This document shows, one piece after another, positions 25,490 to 34,200 of a stretch of 54,983 nt of DNA. The notes below the pieces were generated by a model that had not been told where the DNA came from, did not search any database, and saw only the letters and a list, made by a program, of their open reading frames with translations. The position numbers and the translations under genes were made by a program. The stretch is from the NCBI GenBank assembly GCA_045586105.1, contig JAZMZS010000211.1:1-54983 (forward strand), read 5' to 3'. Within the stretch, counting starts at the first letter, position 1, and every line of letters begins with the position of its first letter. The DNA is from Eubacteriales bacterium (GTDB lineage Bacteria > Bacillota > Clostridia > Oscillospirales > CAG-272).

Positions 25490-26292
25490 ATAAGCTCGGT
25501 AACAGGCTTGCTTTCGCTCTTTTTATATTCACTCGGAGACATACCGAACTGCTTTTTGAACATTCTCGAAAAATTGACTATATCGGTATATCCGGTAGCA
25601 TAAGCCGCCTCGGAAACGCTGAAATGCTGACCTATAAGAAGCTTTGCCGCCTTGTTCAGTCTGAATTCGTTGAGATACTGCTGAGGAGGAATGCCGACGC
25701 TCTTCTTGAATATGGTACTGAAATAGCTGCGTTCGAGATTGAGCAGCTTTGCGATCTCGGTAACGGTGATCCCGTTCATATAATCAGCCTCGATACAGGT
25801 CTTTGCTCTCTCTGCATAGTCCTCGATACGGCTGACGGCATTTTTGTCATTTTCGCTGAAATACGAAACTATCTCCCACGACTTTGCGCTGAGGTATTCC
25901 GCCTGACCGTTTTTCATGTTCTTGGCGTTGAGTATATCAAGAAAGATAGTATTGAGCCCGGGAGCTGAGACCACGTCGTCATACATCGGCGATGGCAGCT
26001 CGATATCCGACGAAAAAGCTATCCATATGTAATGCCAGGGGTCGTGCTCGTCTGCCTGATAGAATATTTTTTCCTCAGGCTTAACGATAAAGCACTGCGA
26101 TGCTGAAACCTTGAAGGTCCTGTCTCCGACAACAAAAAGCCCTTTGCCCGATACAACATAATGCAAAAGCCAGTAAGGGCGTGTGCCCGGACCGTAAAAA
26201 TGCAGCGGCTGACAGCGCTCCTCGCCGAAGGTGAGAGGGTTTAGTCCGGGAAGGCGCTTATTTGCCACGTAAATCTCTAATCTTTCAACCAT
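25486..26292 (-). CDS. AraC-family transcriptional regulator
   Basis: Same architecture (...GYTDIVNFSRMFKKQFGMSPSEY). Aligns along its full length with 24656-25489. Confidence 0.88.
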   Translation of the reverse strand: MVERLEIYVANKRLPGLNPLTFGEERCQPLHFYGPGTRPYWLLHYVVSGKGLFVVGDRTFKVSASQCFIVKPEEKIFYQADEHDPWHYIWIAFSSDIELPSPMYDDVVSAPGLNTIFLDILNAKNMKNGQAEYLSAKSWEIVSYFSENDKNAVSRIEDYAERAKTCIEADYMNGITVTEIAKLLNLERSYFSTIFKKSVGIPPQQYLNEFRLNKAAKLLIGQHFSVSEAAYATGYTDIVNFSRMFKKQFGMSPSEYKKSESKPVTELI

Positions 26293-26460
26293 AAAGCACG
26301 ACCTCTGTGATAAACAGTAGTTTTTTATTCGTTATGACCCAAAGCCATTTTTACAAAACGATCTCTTTGACAAACAGTTTATTGTATTGTATCACACAAA
26401 ATATCAAATTTCAAGTAATTTCACACATTTTGCATACAAACAAAAAGCATTTTTTGTACT

Positions 26461-26730
26461 TTATTTTATGTCCTCCGACATCGGCTGTACGCACAGCTCA
26501 CCGACAGGCTCGAATCTTGGCAACCGCATACCGTCACGCTCGACCTGCTCGTTCCACATAGAGGCATCGCGTACCCACAGCTCACCCTCTCCGTAAAGAG
26601 CCCTGTATACCACCTTCGGCGCGAGAGTCTCTGAATCGTACGCCAGATCGACTACCTCGTACAGGTTCCCCTTGAAATGACGGTAAATGCCCTTTTTTAT
26701 TTCTCTTTTGTATTTTTCCATATCCCCCAT
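26461..26730 (-). CDS. DUF1653-family protein
   Basis: YRHFKGNLYEVVDLAYDSETLAPKVVYRALYGEGELWVRDASMW is the DUF1653 core. Start ATG 26730 behind GGGAGGA. Confidence 0.78.
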   Translation of the reverse strand: MGDMEKYKREIKKGIYRHFKGNLYEVVDLAYDSETLAPKVVYRALYGEGELWVRDASMWNEQVERDGMRLPRFEPVGELCVQPMSEDIK

Positions 26731-26813
26731 GAGCGTTATTCCTCCCACATGCTTTTTTCATTTATTATACGCCCTAACATACACACGCGCAATAGCCTCG
26801 GAGGATTTTTTAG

Positions 26814-26842
26814 TTGACACGGACGTCGGTTTCATGTATAAT
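26814..26842 (+). promoter_or_regulatory. consensus sigma-70 promoter of rnpB
   Basis: TTGACA (26814-26819), 17 nt, TATAAT (26837-26842). Confidence 0.8.
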
Positions 26843-26849
26843 ATACCCC

Positions 26850-27233
26850 GTGACCGGGAGGTGCTGTCGCGCCGTATGTTGCCGAAAGGTATTACGGTGA
26901 GGAAAGTCCGTGCTTCACAGGGCAGGATAACGGCTAACGGCCGCCGAGGGTGACCTTAGGGAAAGTGCAACAGAAATAAACCGCCGCGCAAGCGGTAAGG
27001 ATGGAAAGGCGAGGTAAGAGCTCACCGGCTCCCATGGTAACATGGGGCTTATGTAAACCCTATCCGAAGCAACACCGTATGCAGGAGCACACGAGAGTGT
27101 GATGTCTGCCCGACAGAATCCTGCGGGTGGCACGGGGCACGAGCCCCGGAGCTGGGGGGAGACCTTCAGCAAAGATAGATGACAGCAGAGTGTTTTTTTG
27201 CACCCACAGAACACGGCTTACAATCCCGATCAC
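26850..27233 (+). ncRNA. rnpB: RNase P RNA, bacterial class A
   Basis: Universal P4 strands GAGGAAAGUCCG (5') and ACAGAACACGGCUUA (3'). GGUAAGGAUGGAAAGGCGAGGUAAGAGCUCACC specificity-domain block. P1 pairing of GUGACCGGGA (26850-) with UCCCGAUCAC (-27233). Own promoter and terminator. Confidence 0.9.
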
Positions 27234-27238
27234 AAAAA

Positions 27239-27276
27239 ACAGCGCTTACCGTTTTTCGGCAAGCGCTGTTTTTTTA
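27239..27276 (+). terminator. rnpB terminator
   Basis: acagcgcttacc / ggcaagcgctgt stem followed by TTTTTTT. Confidence 0.8.
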
Positions 27277-27277
27277 T

Positions 27278-27465
27278 CGCATAGGAAATTGCGTAAAATG
27301 CCTTCCCGACTGTCATCCTCGAGGGAGCGAGGCGACCGAAGGATCTGAGACGGAGAACAGAGAAACGGTACTTTCATCTCCCGCTTAGATACTTCACTAC
27401 GGCTATGCCTCCGTTCGAGGATGACAGCGGGGGTGGAGCGTAGCAGAGTGCCGTCAGGCACTTTC
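27278..27465 (-). repeat. ~190-bp palindromic intergenic repeat, copy 2 (inverted relative to copy 1)
   Basis: Its reverse complement aligns with 15277-15470 (see that entry). The distal end (27454-27465) supplies the last three codons and the TGA of the AI-2E gene. Confidence 0.85.
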
Positions 27466-28593
27466 TTGTACTGCATTCTGCTGTTTGTTTTCTCTTCGCT
27501 TTACATGCTCGCGCAAAAGCTCAAGTGCGACCGCCATAATAGGAATAAAGAATATCATTCCGAACAATCCCATGAGATTTCCGCCTATAAGCACCGCAAC
27601 AAGCGTCCACAAGGGGCTCAGCCCAACGCTGGTTCCGACAACATGAGGATATATGAGCTGACTCTCGACAAACTGAATTACAAGATACACTATAATACAC
27701 ACCAGCACCTTCCCGGGAGCAGCAATAGCAACAAGAAACGCACCTATTACGCATGCCGCCATAGCACCGACATATGGTACAAATGCCATCACTCCCGTAA
27801 GAACACCTATCAGTGCCGCATAAGGAACACCGCACACGAAGTTGGCGAGGAATATCATAGTACCGAGGATCACAGCCTCCACGCATTGACCTGACAGAAA
27901 TTTTCCAAACGTATCCGTGATCAGCCTTGACACATGAGCGATATACTCCACGCTCTCCTTTTTCAAATAAGAAGAAAGCACTCGGCGGGAATGCCTTTTC
28001 AGCTCACTCTTGGAAAGAAGCACGTATATGGCAAGTATAAACGAGATCGCAAATGAGGTCACGCTCGACACCGCGCTTCCTATAACCGAGATCACGCCGC
28101 TTATCACGCTGGTAGCTCCGCTGCTGACCTTCCCGATCACGCTCTGAAGGTCGAGAGACTCAAGCCACGAGGTGACCGCATCGGTGTCGATATCATATTT
28201 CGAGAGAGCTTCGGTCCATTCGGGCAATTTTTCCATCACAGCCTGGTAAAGGCTGAGCACACTGTCCACGACAGCCGGTATAACAAGAGTGCAAACGAGC
28301 ACCACTACAAGAAGCACACATGCGAGCGTAAGCACGAGGCTAAGCACACGCAGAGCCGAGGCGGAGGGGATCTTTTTCTTTTTCGATCTCATGGCAAGTG
28401 TTTTGAGAAGCTTCTCAAATCCGCGCATAGGCACATCGAGAATGAAAGCAAGCAAAAAGCCGACCGCAACGCTCGATACAAGTCCGAACAGCTCGGAAAT
28501 AGCACCGAGGACCGCGCCAAGGTTCATCACAAGCGCAAAGAGCAACACCCCGAAAGCCACAAGCATCAGGTTCTGTCTGAATTTCTTATCCAT
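27454..28593 (-). CDS. AI-2E (PerM/UPF0118) family transporter
   Basis: 379 aa. Core FVPYVGAMAACVIGAFLVA...ESQLIYPHVVGTSVGLSPLW. Lies 22 nt downstream of the LytTR-PAS gene on the same strand. Confidence 0.88.
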   Translation of the reverse strand: MDKKFRQNLMLVAFGVLLFALVMNLGAVLGAISELFGLVSSVAVGFLLAFILDVPMRGFEKLLKTLAMRSKKKKIPSASALRVLSLVLTLACVLLVVVLVCTLVIPAVVDSVLSLYQAVMEKLPEWTEALSKYDIDTDAVTSWLESLDLQSVIGKVSSGATSVISGVISVIGSAVSSVTSFAISFILAIYVLLSKSELKRHSRRVLSSYLKKESVEYIAHVSRLITDTFGKFLSGQCVEAVILGTMIFLANFVCGVPYAALIGVLTGVMAFVPYVGAMAACVIGAFLVAIAAPGKVLVCIIVYLVIQFVESQLIYPHVVGTSVGLSPLWTLVAVLIGGNLMGLFGMIFFIPIMAVALELLREHVKRRENKQQNAVQESA

Positions 28594-28615
28594 AAAAGAT
28601 CAGTCTCCTATATAG

Positions 28616-29320
28616 TCATCTTTTGATCATTTTTATTACAGCACATCCGACAAGACCCGGACGTATCTCATAATTTATCGTAGTCATACGAAGCTCACCA
28701 TTTTCGTCATAGTCGAACGCCTCAAGGTATTTTCCTCTGTCGATGACCTTGTCCTTGTAATCCGCCCATCTCGCATCCCTGTCACGGAAAACATCATAAA
28801 AGGACCTGTCGCAAAGCTCATCGATCCTCTTTCCCTCGAATTCGGCAAAGGCTTCGTTGACATAGCGGAAAACATAATCTATGATACGCCCGGCGGAATC
28901 ATGCACGAGCTCCACCGCACAAAACGGGATAGGACATTTATCAAGAATGGAAAAGTGATTATGCAGAGAATGCGTATCATGGAGCATTCCCGCGCTTATA
29001 CCTGCCGAATGCATCCTGCTGTTATAGCTGTGCGCACCCGCAGTCCTTACCCTGCCTCTGAATGCTCTTCCGTCGGTCATGGTATAGATACCGCCCGAGA
29101 TGCTCTTTATGTACTTGCGCCCGATCACAACACCCTTTGTTATGTTCAAAAACATTCCCACGGGCATTTCTTCATATATATATCTGATAGGGATGTAACA
29201 CGCTCTGCTCTCTCCGGATGACAGACTGAACACGGTCTGTCTGCCTTCCCTCGTGATGCACACGATATCGTTTGGAGAGATATTATTCTTATGAAGAAAT
29301 CTTTCGACCTTCTCGAGCAT
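28616..29320 (-). CDS. LytTR DNA-binding domain protein with a C-terminal PAS-like domain (no receiver domain)
   Basis: The N-terminal ~100 aa fit the LytTR pattern (DIVCITREGRQTVFSL...IPIRYIYEEMP..FLNITKGVVIGRKYIKSISGGIYTMTDGRAFRGR). The C-terminal ~110 aa are PAS-like (FCAVELVHDSAGRIIDYVFRYVNEAFAEFEGKRIDELCDRSFYDVF...). Confidence 0.75.
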   Translation of the reverse strand: MLEKVERFLHKNNISPNDIVCITREGRQTVFSLSSGESRACYIPIRYIYEEMPVGMFLNITKGVVIGRKYIKSISGGIYTMTDGRAFRGRVRTAGAHSYNSRMHSAGISAGMLHDTHSLHNHFSILDKCPIPFCAVELVHDSAGRIIDYVFRYVNEAFAEFEGKRIDELCDRSFYDVFRDRDARWADYKDKVIDRGKYLEAFDYDENGELRMTTINYEIRPGLVGCAVIKMIKR

Positions 29321-29408
29321 ACAGACGCCACCTCGCTTATCATTAAATATGATATCATCTCAAGTATATCATTTCAACTGCAAATTGTAAATAAATTCTG
29401 CACTGATA

Positions 29409-29437
29409 TTGATTTTATACTTTTGCGGTTGTATACT
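29409..29437 (+). promoter_or_regulatory. promoter of the HTH-TPR-LuxR gene
   Basis: TTGATT (29409-29414), 17 nt, TATACT (29432-29437) with an upstream TG. Confidence 0.55.
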
Positions 29438-29473
29438 GTAATAAAGAATGATAGCAGGAAAAGAGATGATAGC

Positions 29474-30646
29474 TTGACATTTGAATCTGTTTCCGAAGCA
29501 GCATCAAGACACGGAGTGAGCACCCGTACTATTCAAAAATGGATAAAAAGCGGAAGGATCAAGGGCGCTGTGCTCGTCGGCAATTCCTATGCCATTCCCG
29601 TCATGGCGGATACCGATGCTCACGAGAGCGAAAAAGCTCATATAAAGGAATGGAACACGGCCTTTCCTCTTTTGAACGGGAGCTACGCTCCGGGAAAAAG
29701 CGGAGAATATATTGCGGGAATAGAGGATCCGGTGCTGCATGATATAGCAAATGCCGAGAAGTATTATTTCACAGGGCACAACAAGGACGCGATCTCTATT
29801 CTCGAAAAATACTTGGAGAATGATGACAAAAGCATTTCTCTGTCAGCGGGCATAATGTACACCTTTGCTTCCCTTGCTGTCGGAAAGACACATCAGACCG
29901 AGATAGGTCTGTCAACGATCAAGCGTAACGTAACAGATATTCTCCACCGCTCGGAGGACAAGCAGCTGAGAGCCTATGCGGTCCTCGTTGCAACCGCACG
30001 TGCCGTGCTCTTGCACATGCCTATCCCGGATATGCCTCTTCTCCGCACATCAATGAGGGATCTGCCCGAGGGAATACGGCAGTTTGCCGCATACATTCTC
30101 GCACACAAGGCGTACCTGTCAAATAATTACGAGCGCGCCCTGGCGATATGCGACACAGTGCTGTATTATTCGGGAAAGCTCTACCCAATACCTGCAGTGC
30201 ATATGCTTCTGATAAGCAGTATATCGCTGATGAGCATGAAACGGACAGATGAGGCAAAGGAGCGCTTCCTTCGCGCGTATGAAATAGCCAAGGCAGATGA
30301 GTATATCGAGCCCTTTGCCGAGAACCACATGCTTCTCGGTGGACTTCCCGAAATATGTCTGAAGCGAACTCACCCCGAGGATTTTTTCAAGCTTGTGGAG
30401 ATAACAAGAAATTACGGTCCTTCCTGGAGCCGTGTTCATAACAGAGAAACAAACAGTACGGTCACAGGAGGTCTGAGCACTACCGAATTTACCGTTGCCA
30501 TGCTCTATAACCAGGGCTGGAGCGCAAAGGAGATCTCGGTCCACATGGAGCTATCGCAAAGAATGGTCAAATATTACATTTCCATTGTCTATGACAAGCT
30601 CGGAATATCCAGCCGCGAGGAGCTGTCTCAATTTATGATCAATTAA
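29474..30646 (+). CDS. dual-HTH regulator: N-terminal MerR/excisionase-type HTH, helical-repeat (TPR/MalT-like) middle, C-terminal LuxR-type HTH
   Basis: SVSEAASRHGVSTRTIQKWIKSGRI (N-terminal HTH). LSTTEFTVAMLYNQGWSAKEISVHMELSQRMVKYYISIVYDKLGISSREEL (LuxR/GerE HTH). Start assigned to TTG 29474 downstream of the promoter. The track start at 29291 overlaps the divergent gene and is unlikely. Confidence 0.7.
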   Translation: MTFESVSEAASRHGVSTRTIQKWIKSGRIKGAVLVGNSYAIPVMADTDAHESEKAHIKEWNTAFPLLNGSYAPGKSGEYIAGIEDPVLHDIANAEKYYFTGHNKDAISILEKYLENDDKSISLSAGIMYTFASLAVGKTHQTEIGLSTIKRNVTDILHRSEDKQLRAYAVLVATARAVLLHMPIPDMPLLRTSMRDLPEGIRQFAAYILAHKAYLSNNYERALAICDTVLYYSGKLYPIPAVHMLLISSISLMSMKRTDEAKERFLRAYEIAKADEYIEPFAENHMLLGGLPEICLKRTHPEDFFKLVEITRNYGPSWSRVHNRETNSTVTGGLSTTEFTVAMLYNQGWSAKEISVHMELSQRMVKYYISIVYDKLGISSREELSQFMIN

Positions 30647-30650
30647 ACAA

Positions 30651-30686
30651 AAGCGCACACTTCTTTATGAGTGTGTGCTTTTTTTG
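30651..30686 (+). terminator. rho-independent terminator
   Basis: aagcgcacac / gtgtgtgctt stem followed by TTTTTT. Confidence 0.8.
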
Positions 30687-30706
30687 CACACAAAGTTCGC
30701 GTTTGC

Positions 30707-30802
30707 GAACCTGCGAGTGTTAAAAAATCGACCGTCTAAGCGGATTTGACGATAATACATTGTTTAATGCTCATATCTATGAACCTGCGACAATTAAAAA
30801 TT
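30707..30802 (+). promoter_or_regulatory. pair of 22-nt direct repeats upstream of the adhesin operon (candidate activator sites)
   Basis: GAACCTGCGAGTGTTAAAAAAT (30707-30728) and GAACCTGCGACAATTAAAAATT (30781-30802) match at 18 of 22 positions, with starts 74 bp apart. Confidence 0.4.
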
Positions 30803-30828
30803 GCACTAAAAATCCACTCGCCCGTACA

Positions 30829-30857
30829 TTCCAAGCTCTGCCGATGCAGGTTATAAT
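30829..30857 (+). promoter_or_regulatory. candidate promoter of the Cys-rich ORF / adhesin operon (weak -35)
   Basis: TTCCAA (30829-30834), 17 nt, TATAAT (30852-30857). Confidence 0.45.
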
Positions 30858-30890
30858 AGGATTGTAAAAAAACACCTCGGAGGCAAGACT

Positions 30891-31238
30891 ATGAAACAAA
30901 CGATCACACGTACCTATTGCTTTGACGGTGATATATGCGACGTGATCTTTCGGTTGTCCGAATCCTGCGGAAGTTATCTCGGAGAGTATCCGGACTTTGA
31001 GGAAAAGCCGAGATACACTTCGCTCGGCAGGATGTGGATAACGGCAATGCATACCTCCTGCCCGCATTCAAAGAACAAATATTCAGACAGTCTCTCATGT
31101 ACCGACTGCGGCTCCTGCGAACACTTTATAAAGGAGCGGGCGGGAGACCTGATCGGAGTTTGCGGGCATGAAAGCAACCGAAGGACACCCGCAGCCGATC
31201 AAGCACAGCAAATACCTCGAAAGGAAGAAGTACTATGA
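30891..31238 (+). CDS. Cys-rich small protein (115 aa), translationally coupled to the adhesin gene
   Basis: GGAGG RBS 8 nt upstream. 8 Cys including a CTDCGSCEHF (CxxCxxC) cluster. Its stop overlaps the adhesin start as ATGA (31235-31238). No signal peptide. Confidence 0.6.
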   Translation: MKQTITRTYCFDGDICDVIFRLSESCGSYLGEYPDFEEKPRYTSLGRMWITAMHTSCPHSKNKYSDSLSCTDCGSCEHFIKERAGDLIGVCGHESNRRTPAADQAQQIPRKEEVL

Positions 31239-34200
31239 AAAGAACAAGCATCAAAAAAAGAATTCTGTCCGTATTCCTCACTATCTCGATAATCCTCTCG
31301 GGAATATCGGGGTTTTCCATAATCAGCTCAGCTGACGGCGCAGACACAAGGATCACCGATCCTCATACAATGGACAACTGGAAACGCTATTACGGCTCAG
31401 AGGCGCTGAGCACTGCAATGGCAGGCGGCGTCTGGTCAGACAAATCCGTGTTTACGGACACCTCCGCTTTTCCGGCAGGGCTCGGTCTTGAAATGAAGGA
31501 CGCTCAGAACAACTTCCTGGTCGCCCTCTCGGCTATAGCCTCCAACAAGTCTATAGTCGGATATTCGAACATTCCGACAGACACGATGCTTGTGCTCGAC
31601 CTGTCAAATTCGATGACTGCCGACAACATGAGAGCTATGATATCCGCAACAAACAGCGCGATCAAAAAGCTTCAGGACACCAACTACAACAACAGAGTAG
31701 GCGTAGTACTCTATTCGGGAAACACACAAGTATCAGCATCCGGTACATCAACTGCGACCGTAATACTCGGTCTTGACAGATATGTTCATTCGGAATCAAC
31801 CTACCTCACCTACTCGGGAGGAGCAGTAAGGGTCAACTCAAACGTACTCACAGAGAGCGGCACCGCAGTTCCCACAAGCTCAAAGTCGAAGGGCGGAGGA
31901 ACCTATATTCAGAACGGAATATACAAGGCGCTCGGCGAAATGCTCGCAGTTCCAAAGGCAGATACCGTTATCACCGAGGGGATCCAGGCAGGCGCCAAGC
32001 GTATGCCGATCATCGTTCTTATGAGCGACGGCGCTCCCACGGCAGCTACTACCTCTTATAACAACGTAGGCAGATCCAATCACGGAGACGGCACCTCGAC
32101 AAACGACAACACCGTATTTCTCACCCAGCTCACCAACTCCTACGCAAAGGCGAGAGTAGAGGATCACTACGAAAACAAGGCTCTCTTTTACACGCTCGGG
32201 CTCGGTGTATCAAACGATACAAGAGCAATGGCGGTCCTTGATCCCGCTCGCTCGTCAAACAGCATTCTCAGCAAGTGGAGCTCGTTTCTCGGGCTCGAGA
32301 GCGGAAATACTCTGTCTCTTTCAAACACTCTCACGGTAAAACGCGACATGACTGTAACCGCAGACTATCAGTATTATACAAATGAGGCTTTTACCGCAAG
32401 CAATGCAAGCGACCTTGTAGCTGCATTTGAGAGCATAGTTCAGCAGATAATCATTCAGTCCCTGTACTATCCGACATTCATCGAGAACGGCAACACGGAG
32501 CTTGACGGATATCTCAAATTTGTAGATGTTATCGGAGAGTATATGGACGTAACCGACATCAAGGGCGTTATCATCGGTGATAAGCTGTTCACCGGCGCGA
32601 TGCTCGCAAGCAACTTCGTCCAGGGCGGCGGAGAGCTCGGCACTGTGGATAATCCGAAGGCACTCGGAGACGAGTTTATCCATGCAGTCAAGGAGCGCCT
32701 CGGAATCGAGAACAGCGAGGACGCAAGAGACCTTGTCAAGCTTGCCTTCGAATACGGTCAGCTTGCTTACACTTCGGATAAGGATTTCTCCAACTATATA
32801 GGCTGGTATGCCAATGACAACGGAGACTATCTCGGCTTCTGGCGCGAGGGACACAGCGCTGACGATGCTCCTGCACAGGCAACCTACATAAACAAGTCCT
32901 ACGGACTGCTCGGTGCGGTTCAGGACGGTATAAAGAAGACCGATATGATGTACGCCTCCATCCAGGTGCACACAAATATCGCAACGGGTAACGTTACCCT
33001 CATCTGGGCTATACCCGCAGCTCTTATACCCGTAATATCCTACAACGTATCCTTTGAAGGAAGCTCGCTTGAGAACGCAAGCAACATCAAGGTAAATATC
33101 ACCGATCAGACCCCGATACGCCTTGTATACGAGGTCGGTCTGAGAGAGGATATCACCCCCTTCAACATCAGCGAAAAGGTCTCGGACGACTACAAGTACA
33201 AAAACTCTGACGGCACCTACACCTTCTATACCAATAAATGGGACGTGGATATGTTCAACCGCGGCTCCAAATACTCGGAGCAGGTAAATACAGTATCCTA
33301 CTTTGATCCCTCTATGGACAACGAGCGCTTCTATTTCATCAAGAATGAGCCCGTGTACGCAAAGAGCGGCTCGGTATACACCGAGTATTCGGGAGGCACA
33401 CTTGAGAGCGGCACATACTACCGCCTCCATCAGGTATTTACCATAACCGATACCGAAACGGGCGCGGCTGAGTACAGCGAGCATTACGATGAGATCTACG
33501 GAGAGGCTCTTGAAAATGCAGTCAGAAACAGCGATAACACCTGGTATATACCCAAGGGAACCGTTCTTCCGTCGGTAAGGCTCAACAGCACAGAAAAGAC
33601 CGAGAACCGCACAGGCACGCTCGGCTACTCGGGATATCCTACGGTTGAGCTTGCATATACCGAAAACGAGGTAGACCATTATTACGTGGATGCAGTCCTC
33701 GGTAACAACGGCAAGATCACCGTCACCCCTGCTCAGGGCATCAAGCTTTCAAAGGTACTTGATACTGCAATTCCCGGCGCTAACGATTCCTTCAGATTCA
33801 ACATCACCGGCAGCGACACGCAGGATAATTCTTCCTACAGGATCGTCTTCATAGACGAGTACGGTGCTCAGTCGGAGGGATTTGTCAGCTTTACGAGCGG
33901 AAAGGCATCGGTCACCCTCAGACCGGGGCAGACGATATACATCACAGGGCTTCCCACCGGTGCAGAATACAACATCAGCGAGCAGATGCACAGTGTATAT
34001 TCACCGACCTCCGTCAATGGGATCAGCGCAAAGGACATCGACATCACAATAGAGGAATATGTGATCTCCAATGCGGCATTCGTGAATTCTCCCAAGGGAG
34101 AGGGCTCACTCATCATATCCAAGAATGTAGAGCATGAGCTCGGCTCTGACTGGAATTCGCACAAGGATAAGCTGTTCACCTTTAAGGTGGATCTGGGCGC

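Noticed and set aside
26687-27388. Several 68-99-aa ORFs on both strands (26687-26953, 26915-27214, 27127-27348, 27179-27388).
   Set aside because: They overlap the RNase P RNA gene, its terminator and the intergenic repeat. The RNA gene explains the region.
30767-30856. 29-aa ORF (MLISMNLRQLKIALKIHSPVHSKLCRCRL) between the LuxR-type regulator and the adhesin operon, considered as a signalling pro-peptide.
   Set aside because: It has no RBS and no signal-like hydrophobic segment. It overlaps the putative promoter.
32321-33679. 452-aa minus-strand ORF, and 35285-36334 (349 aa), inside the adhesin gene.
   Set aside because: They are antisense to a gene with a signal peptide, vWFA/FctA motifs and a sorting signal. 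The translations are featureless.
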